A stretch of 64,000 bases of DNA from Thermoplasmata archaeon (GCA_034667725.1 JAXDQS010000010.1:224001-288000); one strand, 5' to 3'; numbered from the stretch's first letter, positions 1-9,088 are shown. Translations and numbers: made by a program. The notes: generated by a model from the letters alone, not told the origin.

Positions 1-459
1 GCCGCCGAATTGGCCGAGCGCGACCGCGCCCCCAAGGTCACCGACGCCCACGTCCGCATGGCCCAGAACAAGATCGAGCTGGACCGCATCAGCGAGGTCG
101 TGCGCACCCTGCCCACCCAGAGCAAGCTCGTCCTGCTGGCCACCATCCTCGGCGAGGAGGCCAACCGCGACCAAGGCGTCCACACCCTCACCACCGGCGA
201 GGTGTTCGACGTCTACAAGGACCTCTGCAAGCACACCGGCAGCGACGTGCTGACCCAGCGCCGCATCACCGACCTCATCAGCGAGCTCGACATGCTCGGC
301 ATCTTCACGGCCCGCGTCATCTCGAAGGGCCGCTACGGCCGCACCCGCGAGATCCAGATGAGCTGCCCCATCGACAGCACCAAGCGCGTGCTGGAGGAGG
401 ACGAGCTCATCCGGACGGTCGTGCAGCACAAGCCGAAGAAGCAGCATCGTCTGACTTGA
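1..459 (+). CDS. cdc6: Orc1/Cdc6 replication initiator, C-terminal winged-helix part (5' truncated by window)
   Basis: C-terminal motifs LPTQSKLVL, TTGEVFDVY..LC, LTQRRITDLISELDMLGI, SKGRYGRTREI. Confidence 0.93.
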   Translation, partial: AAELAERDRAPKVTDAHVRMAQNKIELDRISEVVRTLPTQSKLVLLATILGEEANRDQGVHTLTTGEVFDVYKDLCKHTGSDVLTQRRITDLISELDMLGIFTARVISKGRYGRTREIQMSCPIDSTKRVLEEDELIRTVVQHKPKKQHRLT

Positions 460-556
460 CCTGGCCGGGGGGCCGCAGGCCTTGCCGCGGGGCGACCCTC
501 GGGGCGGAGCCCCCGGGTGCAGCACAAGCCGAAGAAGCAGCATCGCATCGTCTGAC
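421..556 (+). repeat. Direct repeat of the cdc6 3' end (421-455, repeated at 517-556)
   Basis: gtgcagcacaagccgaagaagcagcatcgtctgac occurs twice; copy 2 has an extra tandem catcg. Confidence 0.9.
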
Positions 557-557
557 G

Positions 558-618
558 CCATCCACCGAGGACACCGAGACCACCGAAGTTCGGTGTCCTC
601 GGTGCGCTCGGCGGATGG
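558..618. repeat. Imperfect 30-bp-arm palindrome built of 9-nt caccgagNN units (REP-like or bidirectional terminator)
   Basis: Arms 558-587 and 589-618 match at 25/30; lies between convergent cdc6 and nob1. Confidence 0.8.
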
Positions 619-1137
619 TCAGTCGTTGCCCCGCATCGCCGGCTTGTGGGCTCCGCCCTGCACCGGCTTCGCCTTCACCGGCGACCCGCACACGATGCAC
701 TCCTCGCGCTTCGGCATCGTGTCGAACCAGCGGCCGCACCCGATGCAGCGCGGCCGGAAGTCCAGCGTCGCCGCGATGCCTTCGGTGTTGACCGTCTGCG
801 TGCGCACGCCCAGGCGGCGCGCCACATCGAGGAGCGTGTAGTCGTCCGTGACCAGCGTGCCCGCCAGGTCGACGGCGAGGGCCGCGAGGCTCAGGTCGGC
901 CGCGGACAGGCGGACCAGGTTGCCGGCCGCGGTGGCGACGTCGCGCACCCGCTCGACGGCCTCGGGTGTTGCGTCGCGGACCTGGAGGCCGGTGGCGATC
1001 CAGTTGTCGTAGCGGCGCGCGTCGCGGCCCCCCGTGGAGATTTCGGCGGCGGCCTCCGGCGTCGTGGCCCAGTTGGCAGAGCGGGGCGGGTCTTTGCCGC
1101 CAAGGAGCAGGCTGGTGTCCAGGACGAGCCAGGGCAC
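619..1137 (-). CDS. nob1: NOB1-family PIN endonuclease with Zn ribbon
   Basis: LVLDTS, LSAADL, LVTDDY PIN motifs; CIGC...CIVCGSP Zn ribbon. Confidence 0.9.
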   Translation of the reverse strand: MPWLVLDTSLLLGGKDPPRSANWATTPEAAAEISTGGRDARRYDNWIATGLQVRDATPEAVERVRDVATAAGNLVRLSAADLSLAALAVDLAGTLVTDDYTLLDVARRLGVRTQTVNTEGIAATLDFRPRCIGCGRWFDTMPKREECIVCGSPVKAKPVQGGAHKPAMRGND

Positions 1138-1226
1138 GGCGCGGGATTCAGCCCTCGCGGTGATGAGGCTGCCGGGTCGCGTGCCGCCGCGGCGCCCTTT
1201 TCAACTTCCCTCCGGTCGCCGCGCCC

Positions 1227-2144
1227 ATGGCCAAAGTCGGATTCGTCGGCGCGGGCACCATCGGCGCGAACTCCATCTATGCGACGCTGGCGCTCACCGA
1301 CCGCATCTCCGAGATCGCCGTCGTGGACGTCAACGAGGCCGCCGCCGTCGGCCGGGCCCTCGACCTCAACACCGCGTCGGTCGCCTTCGGCCGCCGCACC
1401 CGAGTCCACGGCGCCACCGATTACGCGATCCTCAAGGGCAGCCAGGTCGTCGTGGTGTCGGCGGGGATGCCCCGCAAGCCCGGCATGACGCGCGCGGACC
1501 TTCTGGGCATCAACATCAAGATCCTCAAGTCGGTGTGCGCCGAGGTCAAGAAGCACGCCCCCGACTGCATCTTCCTCCTGGTCACGAACCCCGTCGACAT
1601 CCTGCTCTACGTCTGCTGGAAGGAGCTCGGCTTCCCCCGCGAGCGCGTCCTCGGCATGACCAGCCTGCACGACTCGGCCCGCCTCACCGACATCGTCCGC
1701 GACGCCACCGGCGATCGCGAGCTGCGCGCCACCATCCTCGGCGAGCACGGCGAGACCATGTTCGTCGCCCCCAGCCTCAGCAGCCCCGAGATCAAGGCCG
1801 CCGACTGGGAGGCGCTGGAGAAGAAGACCCGCGGCCGCGCCATGGAGATCATCGAGCGCGTCGGCGCCACCGCCTACGCCCCCGGCGCCTGCACCGGCCG
1901 CATGGTCAAGGCGTTCATCGAGGACACCCACGAGGAGATTCCCACCGGCGTCATCCTCACCGGCGAGTACGGCCACCGCGATGTTGCCACCGGCGTCCCC
2001 GCCGTCCTGGGCCGCGGCGGCCTGGTGCGCGTTGTCCAGTACGAGCTGCGCCCCGACGAGAAGCAGAAGCTCGAGGTCACGGTCCAGGCGGTCAAGGACA
2101 AGATCGCCGAGGGCATGGCGATGCTGGCGGCGCCTGCGAACTGA
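1227..2144 (+). CDS. mdh: LDH-like malate dehydrogenase
   Basis: GAGTIG Rossmann motif; PRKPGMTR loop (Arg indicates malate specificity); VTNPVD, DSAR, GEHG. Confidence 0.9.
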   Translation: MAKVGFVGAGTIGANSIYATLALTDRISEIAVVDVNEAAAVGRALDLNTASVAFGRRTRVHGATDYAILKGSQVVVVSAGMPRKPGMTRADLLGINIKILKSVCAEVKKHAPDCIFLLVTNPVDILLYVCWKELGFPRERVLGMTSLHDSARLTDIVRDATGDRELRATILGEHGETMFVAPSLSSPEIKAADWEALEKKTRGRAMEIIERVGATAYAPGACTGRMVKAFIEDTHEEIPTGVILTGEYGHRDVATGVPAVLGRGGLVRVVQYELRPDEKQKLEVTVQAVKDKIAEGMAMLAAPAN

Positions 2145-2327
2145 GCGGGAAGGGTCGCGCGTCAGCGCGCGCGGCCGCACGCGCAGCCGTGCGCCGCGGC
2201 CGTGATGGTCCCTGGCGCCCGCTCAGCCCGCCCGTCTTCTCGTCAAGATTCGGCCACGGGTTTCTTCATCACTGCGGGCAGGCCCGCCACGCCGGCCCGC
2301 TTTAAGCCGTCGCGCCTTCGGGGGACC

Positions 2328-2801
2328 ATGGACGACATCCCGGTCGTGGCCGTGCGCGACACCAAGGACCTGGCGGCGGCGCGGCAGGCGCTCGAGGACG
2401 CGGACGGCCCGGTGCTGGTGCGCATCCAGCGCGAGGGCTTGGCCGTCGTGAAGGCGCTGGCCGACGACGGCGAGCTGTGGGCGGACGCCAAGGACGTCCA
2501 TGCCGACGAGGCGCTGGACATGGCGGTGGCGGGCGCGTCGCGCATCGTGCTGCACGCCGACTCCGTCGCGCCGGACATGCTGGACGAGATGGGCGACGTC
2601 CTGGGCCCGAGCCTGGCGGTGGTGGCGCGCAAGGCCGACGCCGCGCTGGCCGAGAAGCTCATGGGCTGGGGCGCGGCCTTGATCGTGCAGGAGCGCGGCG
2701 ACGCCGGCGACGTCGAGTGCTACCTCGACCACGGCAGCCGCCTGGAGACGCTGCACGCCGCCGGCGACGGCGACGACGCCGCCGGCGACGCCGAAGAGTG
2801 A
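2328..2801 (+). CDS. HisA/HisF-like partial TIM-barrel protein
   Basis: LWADA..., ALDMAVAGASRIVL resembles HisA strands; ATG 27 nt after TTTAAG. Confidence 0.5.
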   Translation: MDDIPVVAVRDTKDLAAARQALEDADGPVLVRIQREGLAVVKALADDGELWADAKDVHADEALDMAVAGASRIVLHADSVAPDMLDEMGDVLGPSLAVVARKADAALAEKLMGWGAALIVQERGDAGDVECYLDHGSRLETLHAAGDGDDAAGDAEE

Positions 2802-2803
2802 GC

Positions 2804-3256
2804 ATGGGCGACCTGGAGACGGCGCTCGCCTTCGTGGCGCGCCGCGCCGGCGCCCGCGCGATGCCGCCGGCGGCGTGGGTCCACCACCTCAGCCTGGAGC
2901 TGGCGTGGATGGCCCCCGCGCAGGCGCGCGCGTTCGTCGAGCGCGCCATGGCCGCCGGCGTGCTGCGGCTGGCTGGCGACGACGCGGAGCTGGCGTTCGA
3001 CCCGCGCGCGGTCGAGGCGCCGCGCGGCTTCCGCCCGAACCCCGACACGGGCGCCGCCCCGCCGGAGGACCCGTTCGTGGCGTGGCTCGGCCGCGTGGGC
3101 GCCGCCACCGGCAAGGACCGGGCCGCCGTGCTGGCCGACGTGGCCGCGCGCCAGCAGGCCATGGGCGGGATGCTGACGGCGTGGGCGGCGCTGCTGTGGG
3201 CGGCGGCGGACGCGGGCCTCGACGTCAGGTCGGCGGCGCAAGCGTCCGCAGGATGA
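2804..3256 (+). CDS. DUF2240-like archaeal protein
   Basis: LSLELAWMAPAQA, FDPRAVEAPRGFRP pattern; 150 aa. Confidence 0.7.
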   Translation: MGDLETALAFVARRAGARAMPPAAWVHHLSLELAWMAPAQARAFVERAMAAGVLRLAGDDAELAFDPRAVEAPRGFRPNPDTGAAPPEDPFVAWLGRVGAATGKDRAAVLADVAARQQAMGGMLTAWAALLWAAADAGLDVRSAAQASAG

Positions 3257-4454
3257 TGGGCACCGCCAGCGCGCCCACCAAGTGGATGCGGCGCACGCCC
3301 CACGCGATTGGCAGCAGGCCGACGAGGGCCGCCGCCACCAGGATGGCCAGCCCGAGCGGCCCGGCCAGCACGCCGACGAGCGCCACCAGCAACGCGAGGG
3401 CGGCGAGCGGCACGCGGCGCGGGTCCCACTGATGGACGCGCGCCGCCACCAGGCGGTCGAGCCCGCGCACCGCGGCCCAGCCGAGCACGGCGGCGGCCAC
3501 GGTCGCGGCCAAGGCGTCGAGCATGGCCGTCGGCGGGCGGCCCGCCGTCCACGGCTGCGCCTGGCCTTGCGCGACGACGGCGAGCGCGATGCCGGTGCGT
3601 GCCTGGCCGGTCGTCCAAAGCAGCCCGAGCGACAGCGCGTGGTGGGCGGCGCCCACGGCCGCCAGCGCGGCGGCGGAGGCGCGCGCGTCGCCGCGTCCGT
3701 AGGCGAGGGTTGCGCCCATGGCTGGGGTGGCGCCCGGCGTCACCGCGGTCCAGAGGGCGGCCGCGCTGCCGCGCAGCGTCGCGGCCCAGCCGGCCAGGAA
3801 GGCGTGCCGGCTCCAGCGGCGCGGCGCCGGCTGCTGCGGCGGCAGCCGCGCCGCGCGCAGGCTGGCCAGCAGGCCGGCGGCGCCGAACAGGCCGGACAGC
3901 AGCGGCAGCAGTGGGCTGGCCGGGATTGGCAGCAGGCCGGCGGGGCGCAGGCCGAGGCAGGCCCAGCCGAGGGCGGCGCTGGCGGCCAGGACGGCGGCGG
4001 CGCGCAGCCGCTGCTGCTCGCGGGCGAGGACCCACGCGAGGGCGGCAAGGACGGTCCAGGGCGCCGCGGCCGCCGCCACGCCGCGCAGGTTGCCGGGCTC
4101 CAGCAGCAGCCACTTCAGCAGCCATCCGAGCGGGACCGCGACCAGGGTCGCCGCCAGCGTGGCGTCGGCGGCCGCGCGCACCGCCTCGCGGCCGCGGCCG
4201 GCGAGCACGAGGCGGTGGGCCGGCAGCGCGCCCAGGTCGTCGTCGGGCACGCCGAGGTAGGTGCCGGGCAGCAGGCTCGCGAACGATTGGGTGGCGGCCA
4301 TCGCGGCGAGGCCCGGGACGAGCGCTTCGTGCGGCGCGAGCGTGGCGGTCGCGACGGCGGCGAGCGTGTTGGCGTGCAGGCCCGGCAGCAGGCCGAGCAG
4401 CCCGGCGGCTGCACCGACGAGGGTGGCGGCCGCCAGGGTCGCAAGGTCGATCAT
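3225..4454 (-). CDS. Tripartite tricarboxylate transporter TctA / DUF112-like membrane protein
   Basis: GLLPGLHAN, YLGVPDD..LPAHRLVLAGRG, LLSGLFG; many TM segments. Confidence 0.8.
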   Translation of the reverse strand: MIDLATLAAATLVGAAAGLLGLLPGLHANTLAAVATATLAPHEALVPGLAAMAATQSFASLLPGTYLGVPDDDLGALPAHRLVLAGRGREAVRAAADATLAATLVAVPLGWLLKWLLLEPGNLRGVAAAAAPWTVLAALAWVLAREQQRLRAAAVLAASAALGWACLGLRPAGLLPIPASPLLPLLSGLFGAAGLLASLRAARLPPQQPAPRRWSRHAFLAGWAATLRGSAAALWTAVTPGATPAMGATLAYGRGDARASAAALAAVGAAHHALSLGLLWTTGQARTGIALAVVAQGQAQPWTAGRPPTAMLDALAATVAAAVLGWAAVRGLDRLVAARVHQWDPRRVPLAALALLVALVGVLAGPLGLAILVAAALVGLLPIAWGVRRIHLVGALAVPIILRTLAPPT

Positions 4455-4993
4455 GGGACGGGCGCGAAGGTGTGGCAGAGGCAGGCGGGCGCGTAGCGCA
4501 CGAGGCCGGCGCCCCGGAACGGCCCAGCCGGCGCGGCGCCCGCGAGCCGGATGCGGTGGCCTTCCTGGTCGCGCAGCTGGTCGCCTTGCACGACGCCGGC
4601 CAGCACGACGGGCCGGCCGGCCCATGCGTCGGGGTCGGCGGCGAGGGCGTGCCAGCCGGGCTCGGGCAGGGCCGTGGGCGCGGCGGCGTCGACGTCGAGG
4701 GCGTCGGCCCACAGCACCAGGCTGCCGCCGAGGCGGAGGACCCGGCCCGTCGCCGTGGCCTGCGCGCCCACGGGGACCTCGGCGGCGCGCACGGCCAGCT
4801 CGACGCCGTCGCGCGCCAGCCAGACGGTGCCGTCGCGGGCGCGGACGACCGTGCCCGTCACCTGGATGGCGCCTTGGCCTTCGTAAAGCGCCGCGTCGCG
4901 CGGGTGGACCTCCGGCGGCGGGGCGTGGGCTAGCACCGAGAGCGTGCCGGCAAGCAGGAGGCCGAGGGCGGGCAGGAGGCGGGGTCCGAGCAC
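4451..4993 (-). CDS. Membrane-anchored protein with two OB-fold-like repeats
   Basis: N-terminal TM; IQVTGTVV and GRPVVLAGVV repeats; 4-nt overlap with next gene. Confidence 0.55.
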   Translation of the reverse strand: MLGPRLLPALGLLLAGTLSVLAHAPPPEVHPRDAALYEGQGAIQVTGTVVRARDGTVWLARDGVELAVRAAEVPVGAQATATGRVLRLGGSLVLWADALDVDAAAPTALPEPGWHALAADPDAWAGRPVVLAGVVQGDQLRDQEGHRIRLAGAAPAGPFRGAGLVRYAPACLCHTFAPVP

Positions 4994-5044
4994 GGGCGGG
5001 CAAGGGGCGCGTGCGGGGTTGGCCGGGAACGGACGGGCCTTGGC

Positions 5045-6499
5045 TCAGGCGAGGCGGGCCACGACGGCCGGGATGGCCTCGGCCACGTCGGTGGCAAGCG
5101 CCCCGTCGCCGCGCAAGGCGGCCGCGATCTCCCCGGCGGCCCCGAGGAGGTAGGCCGCTGCTGCTGCCGCCTCGAACGGCTTGGAGCCCACCGCGAGAAG
5201 CTGGGCGGTGATGCCCGCGAGCACGTCGCCCGTGCCGCCGACCGTGAGCGTCGGGTGGCCGCGGCGGCAGAAGCGGGCGCGGGCGCCGTCGGTGACCAGG
5301 TTGGCATGGCCCTTCCCGAGGACGCCCTTGCACATCACCACGACGCCGTGGCGGCGGGCGTAGGCTTGCACGTTCGCTGGTGTCGCCTCCCTCCCGGAAA
5401 GGTCCAGGAACTCGCGGGCGTGGGGGGTCAGCACCATGCGCCGGCCGTGGCTGCGGAACAAGGCGGGCGAGAGGGCGTCGAGGCCGTCGGCGTCCACCAC
5501 GGTCGGCTTGCGGGCCTGGGCGGCGGTGGCGAGCGCGCCGTGGGCGAGCGCGATGCTCTCCGGGTCGTGGCCGAGGCCGGGGCCCAGCAGCAGGGCGGTG
5601 GACTTCGGGAGCAGGCGGCGCAGCGGCTGGAGCGCGGTCGGCGTGAGGTGGCGGCCCGGGTTGCCGTCGTGGACGATGGCGTGCGGGCCCCAGTTGCGCA
5701 TCACGGCGGCGGCGTCGGCGGGGGCCACGCAGTGGACGAGGTCCGCCCCGGTGCGGTAGGCCGCCATCGCACTGTAGTAGGGCGCCCCCACCAACGGGAG
5801 CGAGCCGCCCACCACCAGCACGACGCCGTTGTCGCCCTTGTGCGAGTCGGCGCGGCGCGCGATCCAGCCTTCGTGCAGGTCGCCGACCCCGACGTCCGCG
5901 GCGGCCGGCGGGACGCCGATGTCCGCCACCACGATGCGCCCGGCGTTCGCGGCCGCCATGCCCTCCTTCGGGGCGTGGAACGTCACGGTCGCGTCCGGCC
6001 GGACCGCCATCGCGGTGCCCAGCCCGCTCGGCAGGTCGCAGGCGACCCGGACCGCGTCCTTGCGCGCCTTGAGCCAGCGCAGCATCGACGCGTACGGCCC
6101 GCGCGGCACGCCCTTCAGGCCGGAGCCCAGGAGGCAATCGACGACCGTCGGCGCCGCGGCCCACGCCGGGTCCGGCTTGCCGGCCCAGGTCACGACCGTG
6201 TCCTCCTGCAGGTGCCCGAGGTAGCCGGCGCCCGGCCCCTGGAACGCGGCGCGCGGCTCGGCCAGCACGGCCCAGGCGCGGCGCCCTTGGCGTTGCAGCA
6301 GCGCCGCGGCGGCCAGGCCGTCGCCGCCGTTGTTGCCCTTGCCGCACAACAGCACGATGTCGCCGGGCGGCGCGATGCGCAGCACCTCGGCCGCCAGCGC
6401 CTTGCCGGCCCGCGCCATCAGGTCGGCAACAGGGACGCCAAGCTCCGCCGCGTTGCGGTCCAGGCGCCGCGCCTCTGCCCACGGGATGGCCTTCGGCAC
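5045..6499 (-). CDS. nnr: Bifunctional NAD(P)HX epimerase/dehydratase
   Basis: CGKGNNGGDG, DLPSG, SHKGDNG, VVDADGL, LTPHAREF, GGTGDVLAG. Confidence 0.95.
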   Translation of the reverse strand: MPKAIPWAEARRLDRNAAELGVPVADLMARAGKALAAEVLRIAPPGDIVLLCGKGNNGGDGLAAAALLQRQGRRAWAVLAEPRAAFQGPGAGYLGHLQEDTVVTWAGKPDPAWAAAPTVVDCLLGSGLKGVPRGPYASMLRWLKARKDAVRVACDLPSGLGTAMAVRPDATVTFHAPKEGMAAANAGRIVVADIGVPPAAADVGVGDLHEGWIARRADSHKGDNGVVLVVGGSLPLVGAPYYSAMAAYRTGADLVHCVAPADAAAVMRNWGPHAIVHDGNPGRHLTPTALQPLRRLLPKSTALLLGPGLGHDPESIALAHGALATAAQARKPTVVDADGLDALSPALFRSHGRRMVLTPHAREFLDLSGREATPANVQAYARRHGVVVMCKGVLGKGHANLVTDGARARFCRRGHPTLTVGGTGDVLAGITAQLLAVGSKPFEAAAAAAYLLGAAGEIAAALRGDGALATDVAEAIPAVVARLA

Positions 6500-6544
6500 C
6501 CAGCCTGCAAAGGGTCAAGCGCCATTCAAGCTTCGCCCTGGCCG

Positions 6545-6940
6545 ATGATGCCTGGAATGGGCGACACCCGCCAGATGGCCGCCATGATGAAGCGCATGGG
6601 CATCGAGATGCGCGACGTCGAGCAGGTCGAGGAGGTCGTGGTGCGCACCGCCACCAAGGAGTACCGCTTCAAGCGGCCCGAGGTGTCGATCATGAAGGCC
6701 CAAGGCCAGGAGACCTGGCAGATTCAGGGCAAGGCCGTCGCGTCCGACCGGGCCGGCGCCGCCGTGCCCCCGCCCGCCGTGCCTTCCGTGTCCTCCGCTC
6801 CTGCCGCGCCTTACGCCCCCTCGCCCGACGACGTCAAGGTCGTCATGGAGGCAGCCAAGGTCCCCGAGGCGAAGGCCTGCGAGGCGCTCCTGGCCACCGG
6901 CGGCGACCTGGCCGAGGCCATCCTGCGGCTGTCCGCCTAG
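6545..6940 (+). CDS. nac: Nascent polypeptide-associated complex protein
   Basis: MMKRMGIEM..VEEVVV; C-terminal UBA-like ALLATGGDLAEAIL. Confidence 0.92.
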   Translation: MMPGMGDTRQMAAMMKRMGIEMRDVEQVEEVVVRTATKEYRFKRPEVSIMKAQGQETWQIQGKAVASDRAGAAVPPPAVPSVSSAPAAPYAPSPDDVKVVMEAAKVPEAKACEALLATGGDLAEAILRLSA

Positions 6941-7164
6941 AGACGATTTCAAAATTCCAAGTGGCCTGCGCGCGCCGGTTTGCAAGGAGTGCAAGGAAGG
7001 CCGCAATCCGCCGCAAAGCGGCGCGCCCTTCGGGGCGGTTTGCCGCCCCCCAATACGGCGTCAGGGGGTCCTTGGCGGGCCTCCAGCCCGCCGGCGGACC
7101 CCCTTCCTTGGACTGCGATGGCCGGAAACCGCCGCAGGCCTTCTTGGAATTTTGAAATCATCTC
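6940..7164. mobile_element. 225-bp non-autonomous MITE-like element
   Basis: 22-bp terminal inverted repeats GAGAYGATTTCAAAATTCCAAG (1 mismatch); flanks CTA/TTA; no transposase. Confidence 0.8.
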
Positions 7165-8688
7165 TTAGGCCGTTTCGGCCTGGTCCGCCGCCAGCTGCCG
7201 GTCCCGGCTGCGCTGCACGAAGAACATCGGCACGCCGGCCAGGATCAGGCCGGACGCGATCAGCGCCTGCGCGAGGAACTTGAAGTAGATGATGCCGACC
7301 ACGAACGCCGAGGCCGCCATGAACAGCAGCGGCACGAACGGGTAGAGCGGCGTCTTGAACGGGCGCTCGACGTCGGCGTGGGTGCCCTTGATCCCCAGCC
7401 ATGGGACGCCGCGCATCCGGACGTGGGCCCACGAGGTCGGCACGTAGAACAGGAAGATGGCGAACACCACCATGATGACGAGCTGCTCGTAGCCGCCGGT
7501 CATCACGAGCAGGCTGGCCCAGATGGCGGTGAAGTAGATGGCCCACCCCGGGACCGAGTGCTTGTTGAGCGTGCCCATCGAGCCTAGCAGGCTGCCGTCG
7601 CGGCTGAAGGCGTAGAACACGCGGGGCCCCGTCAGCAGGAAGCCGTTGACCGTGCCGAACACCGACACGAGGGCGACGGCGCTGATGAAGTCGTAGCCGC
7701 CGATCCCCAGCACGGCGCCTGCCGCCTCGGGGGCGATGCGCTGGTTGGCGACCCCAAGCTCGACCGCCCGGTCGATGGGGATGACGTGGAAGTAGCTCGA
7801 CGCCAGCGCGATGTAGATGGCGCTCGTGATGAGCGGGCCGACGATGAGTGCCACGGGCAGGTTGCGCCGGGCGTTGCGGACCTCGGAGGCGACGTAGGTG
7901 GCCTGCGGCCAGCCGTCGAACGCGAACAGCGACAACGCAAGGGCGCCGCCGAACGCGGCCACGAGGGCGCCGCCGCCCATGCCCTCCGGCGCGAAGCCGC
8001 CGCCTTGGGCCTGGTAGGCCTGCGGGTGGGCGGTGCCGAACACGAACACGATGACGACCAGGCTGGCCAGGCCCAGCACCTTGGCGATGGTGCTGACGTT
8101 CTGGATGCGGCCGGCGATGGCGGCGCCGCGCGAGTTGATGAACGCCAACAGCAGGATGACGGCGATGGCCAAGAACGCAGGCCCGTAGGCGGGGATCGTG
8201 ATGGGGTCGATGTGGACCAGCTTGCGGGTGCAGGCGCCGGCGAGGCTCTCCTCGACGCAGGGGCCGGTGTCCACGAGGCTCGTGAGGGCGAACTTCGTGC
8301 CCGGCATCGTGCCGCCCATACGCTCGACGAAGTAGGTGGCGAACCGGCTGAACGCCACCGCGACGCCGGCGATGATGCCGCTCTGGATGACCCAGAACTG
8401 CGACCACCCGAACAGGTAGGCGCTGAACCGGCCGATGCCCTCCTTGAGGAAGTGGTACTGGCCGCCGGCGCGCGGGAACATGCTCGACAGCTCCGCGAAC
8501 GTCAAGGCACCCAGCACCGTCAGCACCGCGCCGGCCACCATCACCAAGAGGATGAGGCCCGGGCTCGGCAGCACCTCCGCCATGTCCGCGGGCAGCAGCA
8601 GGATGCCGGAGCCGATCATCGAGCCGACGATGATCGTGATGGCCTCGAACAGCCGCAGGTTCTGCTTGAACTTGATAGGCCCGCCCAT
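7165..8688 (-). CDS. APC-family amino acid permease
   Basis: GSMIGSGI, AELSSMFPRAGGQY, FAFDGW..ATYVASEVRN, ERPFKTPLYP; about 12 TM. Confidence 0.93.
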   Translation of the reverse strand: MGGPIKFKQNLRLFEAITIIVGSMIGSGILLLPADMAEVLPSPGLILLVMVAGAVLTVLGALTFAELSSMFPRAGGQYHFLKEGIGRFSAYLFGWSQFWVIQSGIIAGVAVAFSRFATYFVERMGGTMPGTKFALTSLVDTGPCVEESLAGACTRKLVHIDPITIPAYGPAFLAIAVILLLAFINSRGAAIAGRIQNVSTIAKVLGLASLVVIVFVFGTAHPQAYQAQGGGFAPEGMGGGALVAAFGGALALSLFAFDGWPQATYVASEVRNARRNLPVALIVGPLITSAIYIALASSYFHVIPIDRAVELGVANQRIAPEAAGAVLGIGGYDFISAVALVSVFGTVNGFLLTGPRVFYAFSRDGSLLGSMGTLNKHSVPGWAIYFTAIWASLLVMTGGYEQLVIMVVFAIFLFYVPTSWAHVRMRGVPWLGIKGTHADVERPFKTPLYPFVPLLFMAASAFVVGIIYFKFLAQALIASGLILAGVPMFFVQRSRDRQLAADQAETA

Positions 8689-8788
8689 GGACGCGGCGCC
8701 ACCGCCAGGCTTGCATAAAGGCTGGCTGAACTTGCACGTTCACTTGGGCCTGGCCAGGGCCTAAGGGCTGCACCAAAGGTGCGAGCGC

Positions 8789-9088
8789 ATGGCCGATCCA
8801 CGGCTCGACCCTGCCATCTTGGAGTTCCTGAACCTTCCAAGCAACCGAGGGCGTTGGCACTACACCCGCGACATCGCCCAGCAACTGTTTGGCACGGACT
8901 GGGCATCTCCGGAGGAGATCGTGCGGGTCCGGGCAGCCCTGAAACGCCTGGAACGGGATGAGAAGGTGGCCGGGTTCGGCTACTTCCGCGAATGGCGGTC
9001 CACCCAGCATCCTGAGGCCGAAGCCCCCGAGGCGGTTCGGGCGGTCCTTGCCATCATGCGCGAGCAGAGGACAACCCGGCCTTCGTAG
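8789..9088 (+). CDS. Small winged-helix-like protein
   Basis: ILEFL...TRDIAQQL...VRAALKRLERDEKV...W; codon usage less GC-biased than neighbours. Confidence 0.55.
   Translation: MADPRLDPAILEFLNLPSNRGRWHYTRDIAQQLFGTDWASPEEIVRVRAALKRLERDEKVAGFGYFREWRSTQHPEAEAPEAVRAVLAIMREQRTTRPS

Noticed and set aside
460-618. Replication origin beside cdc6
   Set aside because: No ORB consensus or AT-rich unwinding element downstream; the upstream side is outside the window
3225-6518. 1097-aa ORF suggesting a fusion, and similar long N-terminal extensions at 11675, 50697, 54395, 59730 and on the 49618-53178 ORF
   Set aside because: The extensions are Arg/Pro-rich off-frame read-through of neighbouring genes; the true starts are internal
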